DNA from: Octopus vulgaris
Taxonomy: Eukaryota
DNA length: 64,000 nt
Assembly (NCBI GenBank): GCA_951406725.2
Contig: OX597834.1
Coordinates: 25,854,001 to 25,918,000 of the forward strand
Direction: 5' to 3'
The number at the start of each line of letters is the position of its first letter. The stretch's first letter is position 1. Positions 39,869 to 52,683 of the stretch are shown here, in pieces. The notes beneath the pieces are model-generated. The model did no database searches and was not told the DNA's origin. It saw nothing but the letters and a program-made list of their open reading frames with translations. The translations under genes and the position numbers were made by a program.

Positions 39869-40092
39869 GGCTGGCAGAACCGTTAGCACGCCGGGCGAAA
39901 TGCGTAGCCGTATTTCGTCTGCCGTTACGTTCCGAGTTCAAATTCCGCCGAGGTCGACTTTGCCTTTCATCCTTCCGGGGTTGATAAATTAAGTACCAGT
40001 TACGCACTGGGGTCGATGTAATCAACTTAATCCGTTTGTCTGTCCTTGTTTGTCTCCTCTGTGTTTAGCCCCTTGTGGGTAGTAAAGAAATA
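39869..40092 (+). mobile_element. SINE family A
   Basis: Sequence match to the other family A copies. Confidence 0.85.
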
Positions 40093-42695
40093 TATATAAG
40101 GCTATTTACGTAAACACCACATGTTTATCTTTCATAAACTAAATGAATGAAAACAATTATCTAATAATGTCTTTTAAACTTTCTATTTACATTTTCTATT
40201 TAATGTCAGGGTTTAAGATATTTTAAAATTTTATTTTTAAACAAGGATTTAAAGTCTAACTTTCAAAATATTTTAATATTTAATATTTTAATTGAAGGAT
40301 AATGTCAAAGCTTAATTTTCGTTATGGGTTTCAAATTTTCTTTGCTTCTCTTTTTTATGCATATGCCAGTGTTCTGAGCTCAAAAATCCTGCTACGGTCA
40401 ACTTTGCTTTTCATCACTTCGTGGGTTGATAAAATGTGTACAAATCTAGGATGGCAGACTGATGGAACTGTAAGAATGTTAGGCTAGATACCTTACAGGA
40501 TATGTCCATGCCTCTTAGTTCTGAGTTCAAATCCCACCTGAATCTCCTTCAGTTGAAGAGTTATTCCATTATTTGGTTTAATACTACAAGCTGGCAACTT
40601 GAGTATCTTTAATAAAGTCTCCATAATTCCTCCTTCCCACCAATTTTGTAGGCCTTGCAGCAGGTCATGAGCATAATCCTCCTGATTATATGATAAAGGG
40701 TAAAAAAAAGTCAAAGACTGACATTTTTTAATTTAGTTTATTTCATCATGTGAGTGATCACATGCCCAACCAGACTATCAGATGTTACACATTGCTGGTC
40801 ACAATGTGCTTTGCATCATTTTAGCCTTCGAATGATGCCATCCCACTGGTTAGGTGGACAGGCCAACAATCCCCACCAATCGAAAACAGGACTGGAGCAA
40901 TGTGAAATGAAGTGTTTTGCTCAGGAACACAATGTGCCACCCGGCCTGGGAATTGAATCCACGATCTAGAGATTGTAAGTGCGACAACCTACCACTAAGC
41001 CATGTGCCTACATATAGTTTATTTCATATTATTTCCAAAACTATTCTTGTGTGAAAAAGTCTTTTAATTTAGACATTTTTGTATTCAGATGTGTGTGTGT
41101 TACATATTTATTTTATGCACCAAAGACAAATACCTGGTATTTTTAATTTTTGTATTCACATGTATAATTCTATATTTAATAATCATATGAAAAGACAGTA
41201 ATCTATTTATGGTTGTATGAAAAGAACCAATGAAAATTTAAACATTCGAAAACATACTGAAAAAACACAATTTTAAAAATCTTTTGAAGATATGTCTGTT
41301 AAAATCTGAGATTACTTTCTACGTAGAATCTACACCATTCCATAGATTTAAAGATTTAAATAATCTTTTTAAAAATATATATGCAAACCATTTTTCCCTT
41401 CTTTTCTTATTGCCAAGCTCCTTTTTTTAAAAATTTTCTTTTAATATTTTCAAAATAAATTTTCCAATATCGTCTTTGCCCCTTCTCATCTCTCTCTGTG
41501 TATTTCATTTGATTATGTCAAAACTATTTCTTATATACACTATACTGGTGCAATTCTGTTCAATCTGTTTTCTAAGATTTTACTCAAACACCAATATTCA
41601 TTTTTTTCTTCCTCTCCTATCTGTCCCCAATCTCTCTCTCTCCCACCCTTTTGTTGCTTCCTTCCTTACATATTCCCATTCTTTCAGTCCCCCTTTTTCC
41701 CACAAACCCTCTGCCTTGTCTCTCCTTCCTCTCTATCACACACACACACACATCAGTCAGTTGGGTCAAAGTCTTTTCATCAAAAATAATCAGCGTGTGA
41801 GTTTTATTGGCAGAATGACCCTCCCAAGGTACAACATCTGCTTTAATGCACAATTTCACAAGAATCTTGCAAAACAAATACAAAAACAAATGATGAACTG
41901 CAATAATACTTTGCTAAAATGTGTTACTAATTCTATTTCTAAATTTACGCAATGATTCTTATCATACATGCATATACATATTCACGCCCAATTTCTCTCT
42001 CAGCCCCCCCACAACTTCCAGCTCCATCATTGTTCGCTCAACTATGAGAGAGATAGTTACTGCTTTGTCACCTGGTACCTGTTACAAAAGTTCTCACTTT
42101 TTTTGCATTTTGCTTGTCAGAGTTGTTCATGCTAGTCAGGTAGTTTTTGTTGTTGCTGTTGGTGTTTTTTCACAAAGCGAAATGAAAACAAGGAGAAAAT
42201 ATTGAGCTAAATAGATGCTGTGTCAGAAGCTTTCTATCTGTTCTCTATTTTTGGGGAAAATATGACGAAAAGAAACTAGATCTAATGACTTGTTCTCATC
42301 ATAACTATTATGCTATTATTATTACTCAGTATGTGGTGAAAGCCACTGTATTGTTGGTTAAATATTATAGTATTTGTTGCTTATTGCGTAGTGAAACTAC
42401 ATAGTTTGTTAATCACTCTGTTTTTCTCCCTCTCTGTTGAGAAGGAGGATCTTTGAGATGCAATACGTAAATCTAGGAACTGATTTTGGGACAATGAGAA
42501 AGAGAGAGCAAGTGAAAGGGGCAAGGGGAAGAAATAGAAAAGAAACCATTACTTCATTGCTATTTTATTTATCAATGCAAGAAGGATGAAAGCAAAGATG
42601 GCCATATCAGGATTTAAACTCACAATATATATAGTCATAACAATTGCCACAAGGCATTGTCTGAAGCTCTGATTTGCTATTTTTATCTAAATATA

Positions 42696-43094
42696 TCTTT
42701 ATATATAAAAGAAAGGTTGTGTGTCTGTCTCCTACGATTTAGATTCCTAACTACTCCCACATTTTGCGGTGCAGTGTAACCAAAACCGGGTATCTTATAG
42801 TCGTCATTCATATCGAGCCCTTCTGGGTATTAGTGCGTGTCTACGATGAGTCTACAATTTAAAAAATAATTTACCATCATTTTTTTCCACTTTAATGCAT
42901 TTTTTCGCTATTATATAAGGGAAGTAACTCTCTAAAAATGTCTACAATGAGTCAACGATTTTAAAAAAATTTACCATCATTTTTTTCCCATTTTTAATGC
43001 ATTTTATTTGCTATTTTTTGGCTATTAACTCTCTAAAAATGCTTATATAGTTATTTCCCTTACAAACCCGAGCAACACCGGGCGATACTGCTAG
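42696..43094 (+). mobile_element. Non-autonomous Helitron
   Basis: 5' TC, 3' GC-rich hairpin cccgagcaacaccggg then CTAG, sitting between host A and T. It has an internal ~90-nt tandem duplication; a second copy lies at 34979-35442. Confidence 0.85.
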
Positions 43095-43391
43095 TTCTAT
43101 ATAAAGTACTTTTAATACTCACTTTCCTGTAAGTTGAAGATATATCCAGATACCTCTTCATCACCATCTCTCTTTTTCCAACTGGAATAATCATGCATCT
43201 CTTTCACTACAAGACACCTGTTCCTGTCTCTTTATCATACTTTAACCTCTCAACACCTGGTATAAAGGCCACCTCCCTCAAACTGCATCCCATTCTCTCA
43301 ATAGGTCTTGTTTCGTGAGTTGCTTGGTGACCTCACTAGCACCAGTGCAACGAAAAAAAGCATCCAGTACACCCTGTAAAGTGGTATGACA

Positions 43392-43808
43392 AAGGTGGCA
43401 AGCTGGCAGAAACGTTAGCACACCGGGCGAAATGCGTAGCCGTATTTCGTCTGCCGTTACGTTCTGAGTTCAAATTCCGCCGAGGTCGACTTTGCCTTTC
43501 ATCCTTTCGGGGTCAATTAATTAAGTACCAGTTACGCACTGGGGTCGATGTAATCGACTTAATCCGTTTGTCTGTCCTTGTTTGTCCCCTCTGTGTTTAG
43601 CCCCTTGTGGGCAATAAAGAAATAGGTATTTCGTCTGCCACTACGTTCTGAGTTCAAATTCTGCTGAGGTCGACTTTGCCTTTCATCCTTTCGGGGTCGA
43701 TAAATTAAGTACTAGTTACGCACTGGGGTCGATGCAATCGACTTAATCCGTTTGTCTGTTCTTGTTTGTCCCCTCCGTGTTTAGCCCCTTGTGGGTAGTA
43801 GAGAAATA
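43392..43808 (+). mobile_element. SINE family A head-to-tail dimer (full + 5'-truncated unit) inserted in a family D element
   Basis: Two tandem units flanked by a single TSD, GGTATGACA. Confidence 0.85.
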
Positions 43809-44099
43809 GGTATGACATAAGGAAGAGCATCAACCTTAGAAACGATGCCAAAGCAAATACTGGAGCTTGGCACAGTCCTCTGGCTTGTCAGCTCCTTGTC
43901 AAACCATCCAACCCATGCCAGCATGAAATATAGATGTTAAATAAATTTGATGATGACGATGACAAGGACGACAATGCATTTCCGCAAAGCAATGTTGAAC
44001 CAAAGTGTGGCATCTATGATGAAATCAAAAATCTACCAAACGATCAATAATCTAGTCAATCTCAATTTATTATCTACTTTATTGTATATGTTGTACAGT

Positions 44100-44497
44100 A
44101 GGTGCAGGAGTGGCTGTGTGGTAAGTAGCTTGCTTACCAACCACATGGTTCCGGGTTCAGTCCCACCTCGTGGCATCTTGGGCAAGTGTCTTTTGCTATA
44201 GCCTCGAGCCAACCAATGCCTCGTGAGTGGATTTAGTAGATGGAAACTGAAAGAAGCCTGTCGTATATATGTATATATATATGTGTCTGTATGTTTGTGT
44301 GTCTGTGTTTGTCCCCCTAGCATTGCTTGGCAACCTATGCTGGTGTGTTTACGTCCCCGTCACTTAGCGGTTTGGCAAAAGAGACCGATAGAATAAGTAC
44401 TGGGCTTACAAAGAATAAGTCCCGGGGTCGAGTTGCTCGACTAAAGGCGGTGCTCCAGCATGGCCGCAGTCAAATGACTGAAACAAGTAAAAGAGTA
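44100..44497 (+). mobile_element. tRNA-derived SINE family B (GGAGTGGCTGTGTGGTAAG...; CORE-like TTGGGCAAGTG; internal TA/TG tract; GTAAAAGA tail)
   Basis: Pol III-like head with GGTTCAGTCCC; many copies across the window. Confidence 0.85.
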
Positions 44498-45507
44498 AAT
44501 TATATAAAACAGACTAAATGTAGTATTAATATTTATGATTCCATTACCTTTCTTCTAAGCGATAATGGTATCTTCATAGCTGAGATCCATCTTAAGTAGC
44601 AGCACAGGTGTTTACACTTTGTCCGACCACCTTCTTGTAATTTTTGTTATGTTAATAACTGTCAAACATTCCTCCTTGTACAAATACAAGGTGTTTTTAG
44701 TGTTTATTCGTATCGTTCTATCTTCTATCTAATCCTGCCATAGAAACTTCTGTACATCTTCATTTCAAACTTCTGTTTATAGCCACTCAGTCAACTCACA
44801 AACATTGTTTATCGTTTTCTCTCTCCAAACTTCGGTTCTCTTTCTCTTTCCTGCCTAAGGTTGGTGCTTATAAATGTCTCAATATCATTTTACATAGAAA
44901 ATCTTTAGTAAGTTAATTCATGCTTTACTACAAATAGACATAATATAATATTGTTGTGTCAGCTTTTGGATGTTGGTCAGAAATGGTAATCTGGCTAAGA
45001 TATAATATATCACTTCTCCACAACAGATGCTGGGTTCATCCTGACCCAACAGAACATCACCAGCATGAAAGAATTTCTCTAGAAATTGATTCAGCTATGA
45101 ATTTGCCATTATTACTTAAAAGAAGAGTGATGGAATCAGAAATGCTTAGGCTATATTTATTCAATCTCATACAATATAGAACATAGACAGTAAGGCAGAT
45201 AATAAACAGTGGCAACTACTGAGTATGTTATTGGTTGTTTTTAAATCTATGGTTCCACCAAAATTGTTACACTGTCATCTAGTATGCCTACTTCATAAAA
45301 GTGAACCACGTATTTTATATAAAATATTTTTAGACAAAAGCAGGGAACTGGAAGAGTCATTAGAGAATCAGACACATGTCTTGTAGTAAGTAATTGCTCT
45401 GGTTCTTTACATTCTGAGTTCAAATCCAACTGAGACCAGTATTGCCTAAATTTCATTTTCAGAGTCAATAGATAAAATAATAGTAATGAAGTAGTGGCTT
45501 TCATTCA

Positions 45508-45538
<31 letters not shown>

Positions 45539-46305
45539 ACTGACTACATAGTGCTTTGAAGAAGGGTCATCAAAGAACACAAGACTGCAAGCTGCATCCC
45601 TTTGTCCATAAATGGAGAAGGATTAAGCAAGTGGCTCACAAACTCTTCAAAAACACAAAAAATGTGAAATATTCTCATGAGATAATTTTTCTGTGTGACT
45701 GGAGCAATGGAATAATGTTTAATTCCCCTAAGGTATCTTTCCCCACCATCCTTTTGTTCAAAACGTTCTGGGCATGACCACCTCTCCTAATTGCCAGACA
45801 ATTTAGAAATCAGAACATAAATACTCCAAAACATTTTGTCCAAGATTCCAACAATTCCACCAATATATTGTCTTGTATTGGAATTGTATTTTATTGGCTC
45901 CCTAGAAAAATCAAATTCAAAATTAGCTTTAGCAAGATTTGAACTCAGAAGGCAAAAGAGACAGGATCAATACTTGCAGGGGTTTTGTCTAATACTTTAA
46001 TGATTCTGGTAATTCTGTCTTCAAAAATTCTTGTCTTTAAAAGAAAAACAAATGGAAGAATATGAGGGTTAATGCAATTCACTGTTTATAAGCAAAAGCC
46101 CAGATAATGTCAGATGGAACAATTTGGTTTTTGGGTCCACCAAAGTGGTAGTGGAGGGGCATCAACATTATCAGCAACCATATCTATTGCAAACTATCAT
46201 ATTTTCAGGTGTACAAGTAAATTTATTTTATAGTGTAAGCATTCAAACATTGTCACTATCTTTTTAAATCCTGCTTCATTTCATTAGGAGCTTTATATTC
46301 CCTCT

Positions 46306-46618
46306 GCAATGGTTCAGTGGTTAGGGCAGCAGACTCACGGTCGGGGGATCGCGGTTTCGATTCCCAGACCGGGCATTGTGTGTGTTTATTGAGCAAAAAT
46401 ACCTAAAGCTCCATGAGGCTCCGAAAGGGGGTGGTGGCAACCCCTGTTGTACTCTTTCGCCCCAACTTTTTCTCACTCTCTCTCTTCTTGTTTCTTGAGT
46501 AACGCTGCAATGGACTGGCGTCCCATCCAACAGGGGGGAACACATATGCCACAGAAACCGGGAAACCAGGCCCATGAACCTGGCTAGACTTGAAAAGGGC
46601 GCATAAATAAAAAAAAAT
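46306..46618 (+). mobile_element. SINE family C head with a third tail type (poly-A end)
   Basis: Family C head, then GGACTGGCGTCCCATCCA...GAAACCGGGAAAC...AATAAAAAAAAAA. Confidence 0.75.
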
Positions 46619-48259
46619 TTATATCCCCCAAAGTTGTCTTCATGTATAAGTTAACCTATCATTTTTGGCTGTAAATTTTTGGTCTGAAAAATTCAACTTG
46701 TTATATATTGGAAAATATGGTAATTGGTGATGAGCCAACAAGCAAATGACTCTTATTGTGATCATTGGAACTGGTAGAAATAGCAACCAAATCTCCCTCA
46801 AATTACATCTCTTAAATATTGTTTAAATATGGTAGCTGTTCTCTTGCTAGCAATAATGACTTGGAAGCATGCACCATGGTTTTTCTAATTGTATTAGGTA
46901 TCTGTGAAGTTATGAGCAGATATATACATCTTGTCAGCCCTCATACACCCTTGACCGAATGGGGTATCAAGGATGCAACAGCTGGAGGGAAGGAGAGCTG
47001 CACTAGACTGCTGCTCATTTTCAGTTGAGTAAACTGGACCAATGTGAAATGAAGTACCTTGCTCAAGGACATAACATACTGTCTGGCCCAGGAATTGAAC
47101 TTATGATTTTATGGTCATGAACCCCAAACTGTAACCATTAGGTTACATAATTAAGACATCCTTACTGTCTTTAAAAACCTAAAGGCATGGTAGAGAAAAA
47201 TGTGTTGGTAAATACAGTTGTTTGTAGACTATAACCAAAAGACAATAAAAGACAGGATGGCCATGACTGGGATACTGTTTGACCACAGGTCTACTTGACT
47301 GGGTCTGGTCTAGGGTTGTATAACAACCACAACAAACTTGTGTAGCAACACAGCATAGGGTGGGGTGGGGTGGGGGGGAAAGTTAGACAGAAAGAGAGAG
47401 AGGGGGAGGGTAGGAAGTTGAGCAAACGTAATTTGCGAATATTAAGAGTACAATTGGAAACTTGCCAAACCTCAACATATGATTGTTTGTTTTTGTTTTT
47501 TTTTTGTTCCCCCCCCCCCCTCTGTACATATGCACACAGAAGCAAACACACAGACGTACTCACAATTGTTGCATATCATTCTTGTTGCATTCCTGACACA
47601 GAACAAGGTATTTCCAGTAACACAGGTTGTTAACATTTAACAGTAAGTGTGGTGGTTTTTTTTTTTTTTTTTTTTTTTTAGTTTCAAGTTCCAGAACCTT
47701 CCAATTTCATAGAATGAAATGTGGCAGCAACCTAGCAAGAGTTTGCTAAAAATATATAAACAAAACAAAAAAAGAAAATTAAAGTTTGCTTTGTTGATGG
47801 CGGGAAGAGAAGGTTTTGCAAGTGGATGCTTTCTAGAAACTAAACTGAGCAGTACCAACAGATTAGTATCAGCTTGTTATTTGCATTGAAACAGATATTA
47901 TTATTATTATTATTATTAAGGCAGCAAGCTGGTGAAATTGTTACTGCACTGGAGAAAATGCTTAGTGGCTTTTTTCCAACTTTACATTCTGAGGTCAAAT
48001 TCCACCAGGGTCATCTTTGCTTTTCGTCCTTTTGGTGTTGATAAAATTAGTACCAGTTGAGCACTGGCGGTCAATGTAATCGACCTACACCCCACCCTTG
48101 AAATTGCTGGCCTTGTGCCAAAATTTGAAATCATTGTTGTTGGTATCATCATTATTATTATTATTATTATTGTTGTTGTTGTCGTTGTTGTTATTGGAAT
48201 GGTAAGGTGGCAGAATCTTTAAAGCATTAGACAAAATGCTTAGTGGGTGTTCTGCTTAA

Positions 48260-48480
48260 CCCTTTAGCATTTAAACCGGCCATATCCGGCCAAAAGTATT
48301 CTGCCTGTTTTATGTTCAAACTGGCCAGATCTGGTCTCTCACACCAACCCTACAATATCGTTTTAAAAATTAACAGCTACCTCATCAAAACCTCAAAGCT
48401 ACAAGATAATGCCTGATTAGTTCAAGGCAATGTGGATGAAAAAGCATTAATTTTGGTAGAATAATGCGAACACTAAAGGG
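48260..48480. mobile_element. piggyBac-type MITE, family 2 (reverse copy)
   Basis: TTAA|CCCTTTAGCATT ... CACTAAAGGG|CTAA. Confidence 0.8.
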
Positions 48481-50324
48481 CTAAACTGGTGCTGGTCAAG
48501 GATTTTGAGAAAGACAAGTACTGGGAGGGAAATCCCGAGGGTCGATATTCTTGGAAGAAAGAACTAGAAATAGTGATTAGTGCAAGATCTAAGTCAGTTG
48601 GGAGTGCCTAAATGGAGATGACATGAGACCAACAAACCTTGGGGAACAAAGGCCATTATAGTAGCAGTAAAAAATGACAGAGAGAGGACACAGGTCGTTT
48701 GTAGCCTAGTGTGTGACTTCATGTTGATTATTAGTTGAGTAAGCTTTCTCGGGATGCAGTCTAGGAGGTCTGTGGGTGTGTGTGTTAGGAAGAGCATCAA
48801 GCCATAGAAACCATGCCAAAACAGACAACTGGAGCCTGGGCAACTCTCTGGCTGGCCAGCTCCTGTCAAACCATCCAACCCATGCCAGTATAGAGAATGA
48901 ATGTTAAATGATGATGATGATGATTGAACGAAGAGAGAGAAGCCAGGTAAAACAGCAAAGTAAGGTGGTAAGGTAACTGTGAAAAACTGAAGAGTAAGGT
49001 GCTGGAGAAAGAGATACGGTTTCTGGGTGGTTTTGATTCTGCTGGGCCCCACCTGCAAGGTCATGTGCTGTTTATCTTGATATGTCATGCACATATGATT
49101 GTGTTGCATGTGCCTGGTGTACCCTAATCAGACGGGTAGTCATGATGGGTATACTGGGCTTTGTATATTTGTACTCCAGTGCCAATTTGATGGCATGCAC
49201 TGCTCTCTCACTCAATAATAATAATAATAATGGCTTCAAATTTTGGCACTAGGCCAGCAATCTTGGTGGAAGGGATAAATCAATTACATTGACTTCAGTG
49301 TTCAACTGGTACTTATTTTATTGACCCTGGGAGGATGAAAGTTGACCTCAGCAGAATTAGAACTCAGACAGACGAAATGCTGCTAAACATTTTGCCAGGC
49401 TGATGATTTTGCCAGTTCACTGCCTTAATAATAATATGATAGTAATAATAATAATAATTTTTACTAATTTTGGCACAAGGCCAGCGATTTGGGGAAGGGG
49501 TAGTTGATTACATCAACTCTAGTATTCAACTGGAGCCTATTTTATTAACCTTGAAAGGATGAAAGGCAAAGCTGACCTTGGTGGAATTAGAACTCAGAAC
49601 ATAAAGATGGACAAAATGCCATTAAACAGTTTGCCAGGTGTGCTAATGATTCTGCCAGCTAACCACCTTAATAATACTAAGTAATAATCTTAAAAGAGAA
49701 CATAGAATATTGAGTAATATTTGTTTTCCATAAGCTTATGCTGAACTTTGAAGTAGAATAAAAACACTAAAAGCTACTGCAAGACAATACCTACCCCCAC
49801 CAATAGTACCCCCATCAACTACAGATACAGGAAAGAAGCAACTCAATAGGTTAAAAGTCTCTAAAGTCACTGATATTTACTAACAACATGGGATTCTCTC
49901 ATTGCATTTGAAATTCTTAACCTTTTTAAAACATATTATACCAAAAGATAAGATACATATCTGTATACATTATCAAGTTTAGTTAGGAAAGTTTAGTAAT
50001 TGAGATAACCAAGTAAAACGAAGAACCCCCCCTTCATTATGGTCTTTTGGAATAATGTATCTGTCTGTATTTGGTTAATTAGCGTTGCTGTAAATAGATA
50101 TTTTTGTAGATATATATTCTTTAGGTATCATACATTTTGGGGGACAGCAGTGATATTGGTTGTTAGTTTCTAATGGGCTAATCATTCACTCATGAAATTT
50201 CTGATGCTGAGACTAATAAAGGAGCACCTGCTGTGCAACTCAGGTGGAATAAATACCATGAGCTATTTCTGTTTGATGCACCAGTTTATTGGCAATTATC
50301 TTGCCAATGTGTATATGTGTGGCA

Positions 50325-50368
<44 letters not shown>

Positions 50369-50527
50369 TATTGCTTAGGCATAGCGATATTAATAACCTA
50401 GTGTTAGAACTCAATACACATATACTTCAGAAAAATAAGCATTAGTCAAGTACAGAGCATAATAAGAGATAAATGACAAGGGAACAAGAAACTATGTAAT
50501 GAACTTCACTGCATAGTAGCTTATTCC

Positions 50528-51018
50528 GGCGAGCTGGCAGAAACGTTAGCACGCCGGGCGAAATTCGTAGCCGTATTTCGTCTGTCGTTGCGTTCGGAGT
50601 TCAAATTCCGCCGAGGTCGACTTTGCCTTTCATCCTTTCGGGGTCGATAAATTAAGTACCAGTTACGCACTGGGGTCGATATAATCGACTTAATCCCTTT
50701 GTCTGTCCTTGTTTGTCCCCTCTGTGTTTAGCTCCTTGTGGGTAGTAAAAAAAATAAAAAAGCTTATTCCTTCATCATTTTTGTCTTATATATGAGCTGG
50801 CAGAAACGTTAGCACGCCGGGCGAAATTCGTAGCCGTATTTCGTCTGTCGTTGCGTTCCGAGTTCAAATTCCGCCGAGGTCGACTTTGCCTTTCATCCTT
50901 TCGGGGTCGATAAATTAAGTACCAGTTACGCACTGGGGTCGATATAATCGACTTAATCCCTTTGTCTGTCCTTGTTTGTCCCCTCTGTGTTTAGCCCCTT
51001 GTGGGTAGTAAAGAAATA
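50528..51018 (+). mobile_element. Two near-identical tandem SINE family A copies (50528-50760; 50794-51018)
   Basis: The first copy is flanked by TSD AGCTTATTCC (50518-50527 / 50761-50770). Confidence 0.85.
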
Positions 51019-51919
51019 TATATATATATACATATATTAATCAAAGTGTACAGTATTATACTTCAATTATGACCGATCTTGCCAATTAGTTTTGCCCTGG
51101 GGAGTTCAACAGAGTGCTAGATAACAGTCCAATTATGTAACCCAGCACTCATCAGAAGTAGATATCTTTATATATCATCATCATCATCATACGTCTGTTT
51201 TCCGTGCTGGCATGGGTTGGACGGTTCAACCGGGGTCTGGTAAGCCATGGAGGCTGCACCAGGCTCCAGTCTGATTTGGCAGTGTTTCTACAGCTGGATG
51301 CCCTTCCTAACGCCAACCACTTCCTCAGTGTAGTGGGTGTTTTTTATGTGTCACCGGCACAGGAGAGGAATGCTGGAAAAATTTCATGATTCTGGGTAAA
51401 AGAAAATACCCAAGGATCATTATTTACATTCAACGGATATTTGTCCTCATCTTGTTTGTTGTTAACAAATGTAAATCATCATCATCATCATCGTTTAACG
51501 TCCATTCTCCATGCTAGCATGGGTTGGACGGTTCGACCGGGGATCTGGGAAGCCAGAAGGCTGCACCAGGCTCCGGTCTTATCTGGCAATGTTTCTACAG
51601 CTGGATGCCCTTCCTAACGCCAATCACTCCGTGAGTGTAGTGGGTGCTTTTTGCGTGCCACCGGCATAGGTGCCAGGTGAGGCTGGCATCGGCCACGGTC
51701 GGATTGGTGCATTTTACGTGCCACCTGCACGGAAGCCAGTCGAGGTGGCACTGGCTTCAGCCATGATTCGGATAGTGCATTTTACGTGCCACCTGCACAG
51801 AAGCCAGTCGAGGCGGCACTGGCTTCGGCCACGATTCGGATGGTGCTTTTTACGTGCCACCGACACGGAAGCCAGTACGTAATTCCTCATCTCTTAAATA
51901 TAGAACTGTACCCAAGGAT

Positions 51920-52073
51920 CAGTTATGATTTTATTCAACATATTCCCCTCTCAGATTCACACACTTATAGCAGTGGTCCTTCAGTTTTTCTAAGCTCTGT
52001 AAAAGAACTTGGAAGGTTGGGCTCCAACCAGACTTTTGCGACACCCTTAAAGCCAGGAACATTTCAGTACCCT
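51920..52073 (-). mobile_element. Mariner remnant, same family as 9859-9985
   Basis: Reverse-complement match to 9859-9985, covering the TIR-like end and the KCVNLRGEYVE* segment. Confidence 0.7.
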
Positions 52074-52280
52074 TTCCACCTTGTTCCAGTATAAATATTA
52101 AAACTGTAACCGTTTTGATACCAACTTCTGCCTGAAACCTCTCCTGGTCTGATGATGCAAAACTTCTAATTTAATGTGATTTAAAATTAAGACCATCAAA
52201 ATTTCATTTTAAGTTATGTTCCAAACACTAGTTTTAAGAATGGCAGTTATTTTACTAAATTCATTATTTCTAAAATCATT

Positions 52281-52683
52281 TAGTTAGTTAGTTAGTTAAT
52301 TTGGCTCAAAAGCAAATAGCAAGGCCATGTAGGGGGACATGGAGTTATGTACAGGGTGGTGTTCATGTAAAGAGTTCAGGCCACTTGAGGTCAAGGGAGG
52401 CTTTGAACAAAGCGGTCGTCGGCATCTTCACCATCTCGTCTGGCAGCTTGTTCCACGGATCCGCAACCCGGACGGAGAAAGCTCCTCTCCTTCGATTGAG
52501 ATGAAATCATCGCAGGTAGAGCTTTTCGGAATGACCCCGCAACCGACGCTCTGGAGCAGGAGTGAAGAACAGCTCTTTCAAGAGGTTACACTTTCCGCTT
52601 ATGATGCTGTGGGCGAGAATGAGATCACCACGGCGGCGGCGTTTTTCTAGAGAATAAAGGTCGAGCGTCTTCAGCCTTTCTTC
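52281..52683 (-). mobile_element. CR1-clade LINE 3' end, same family as 32224-32880, opposite orientation, inserted in an old TTAA-type MITE
   Basis: Minus strand encodes EERLKTLDLYSLEKRRRRGDLILAHSIISGKCNL...GHSEKLYLR, with the same 3'UTR and a (TAAC)n tail. Confidence 0.9.

Noticed and set aside
42121-42139. Possible 19-nt microexon (CAG|...CAG|GTAGTT)
   Set aside because: Not frame-preserving in a phase-0 intron, the donor is weak, and there is no protein similarity.
51645-51875. CRISPR-like repeat/spacer pattern
   Set aside because: Eukaryotic context, the spacers are homologous to each other, there are no cas genes, and it lies inside retroposon family D.
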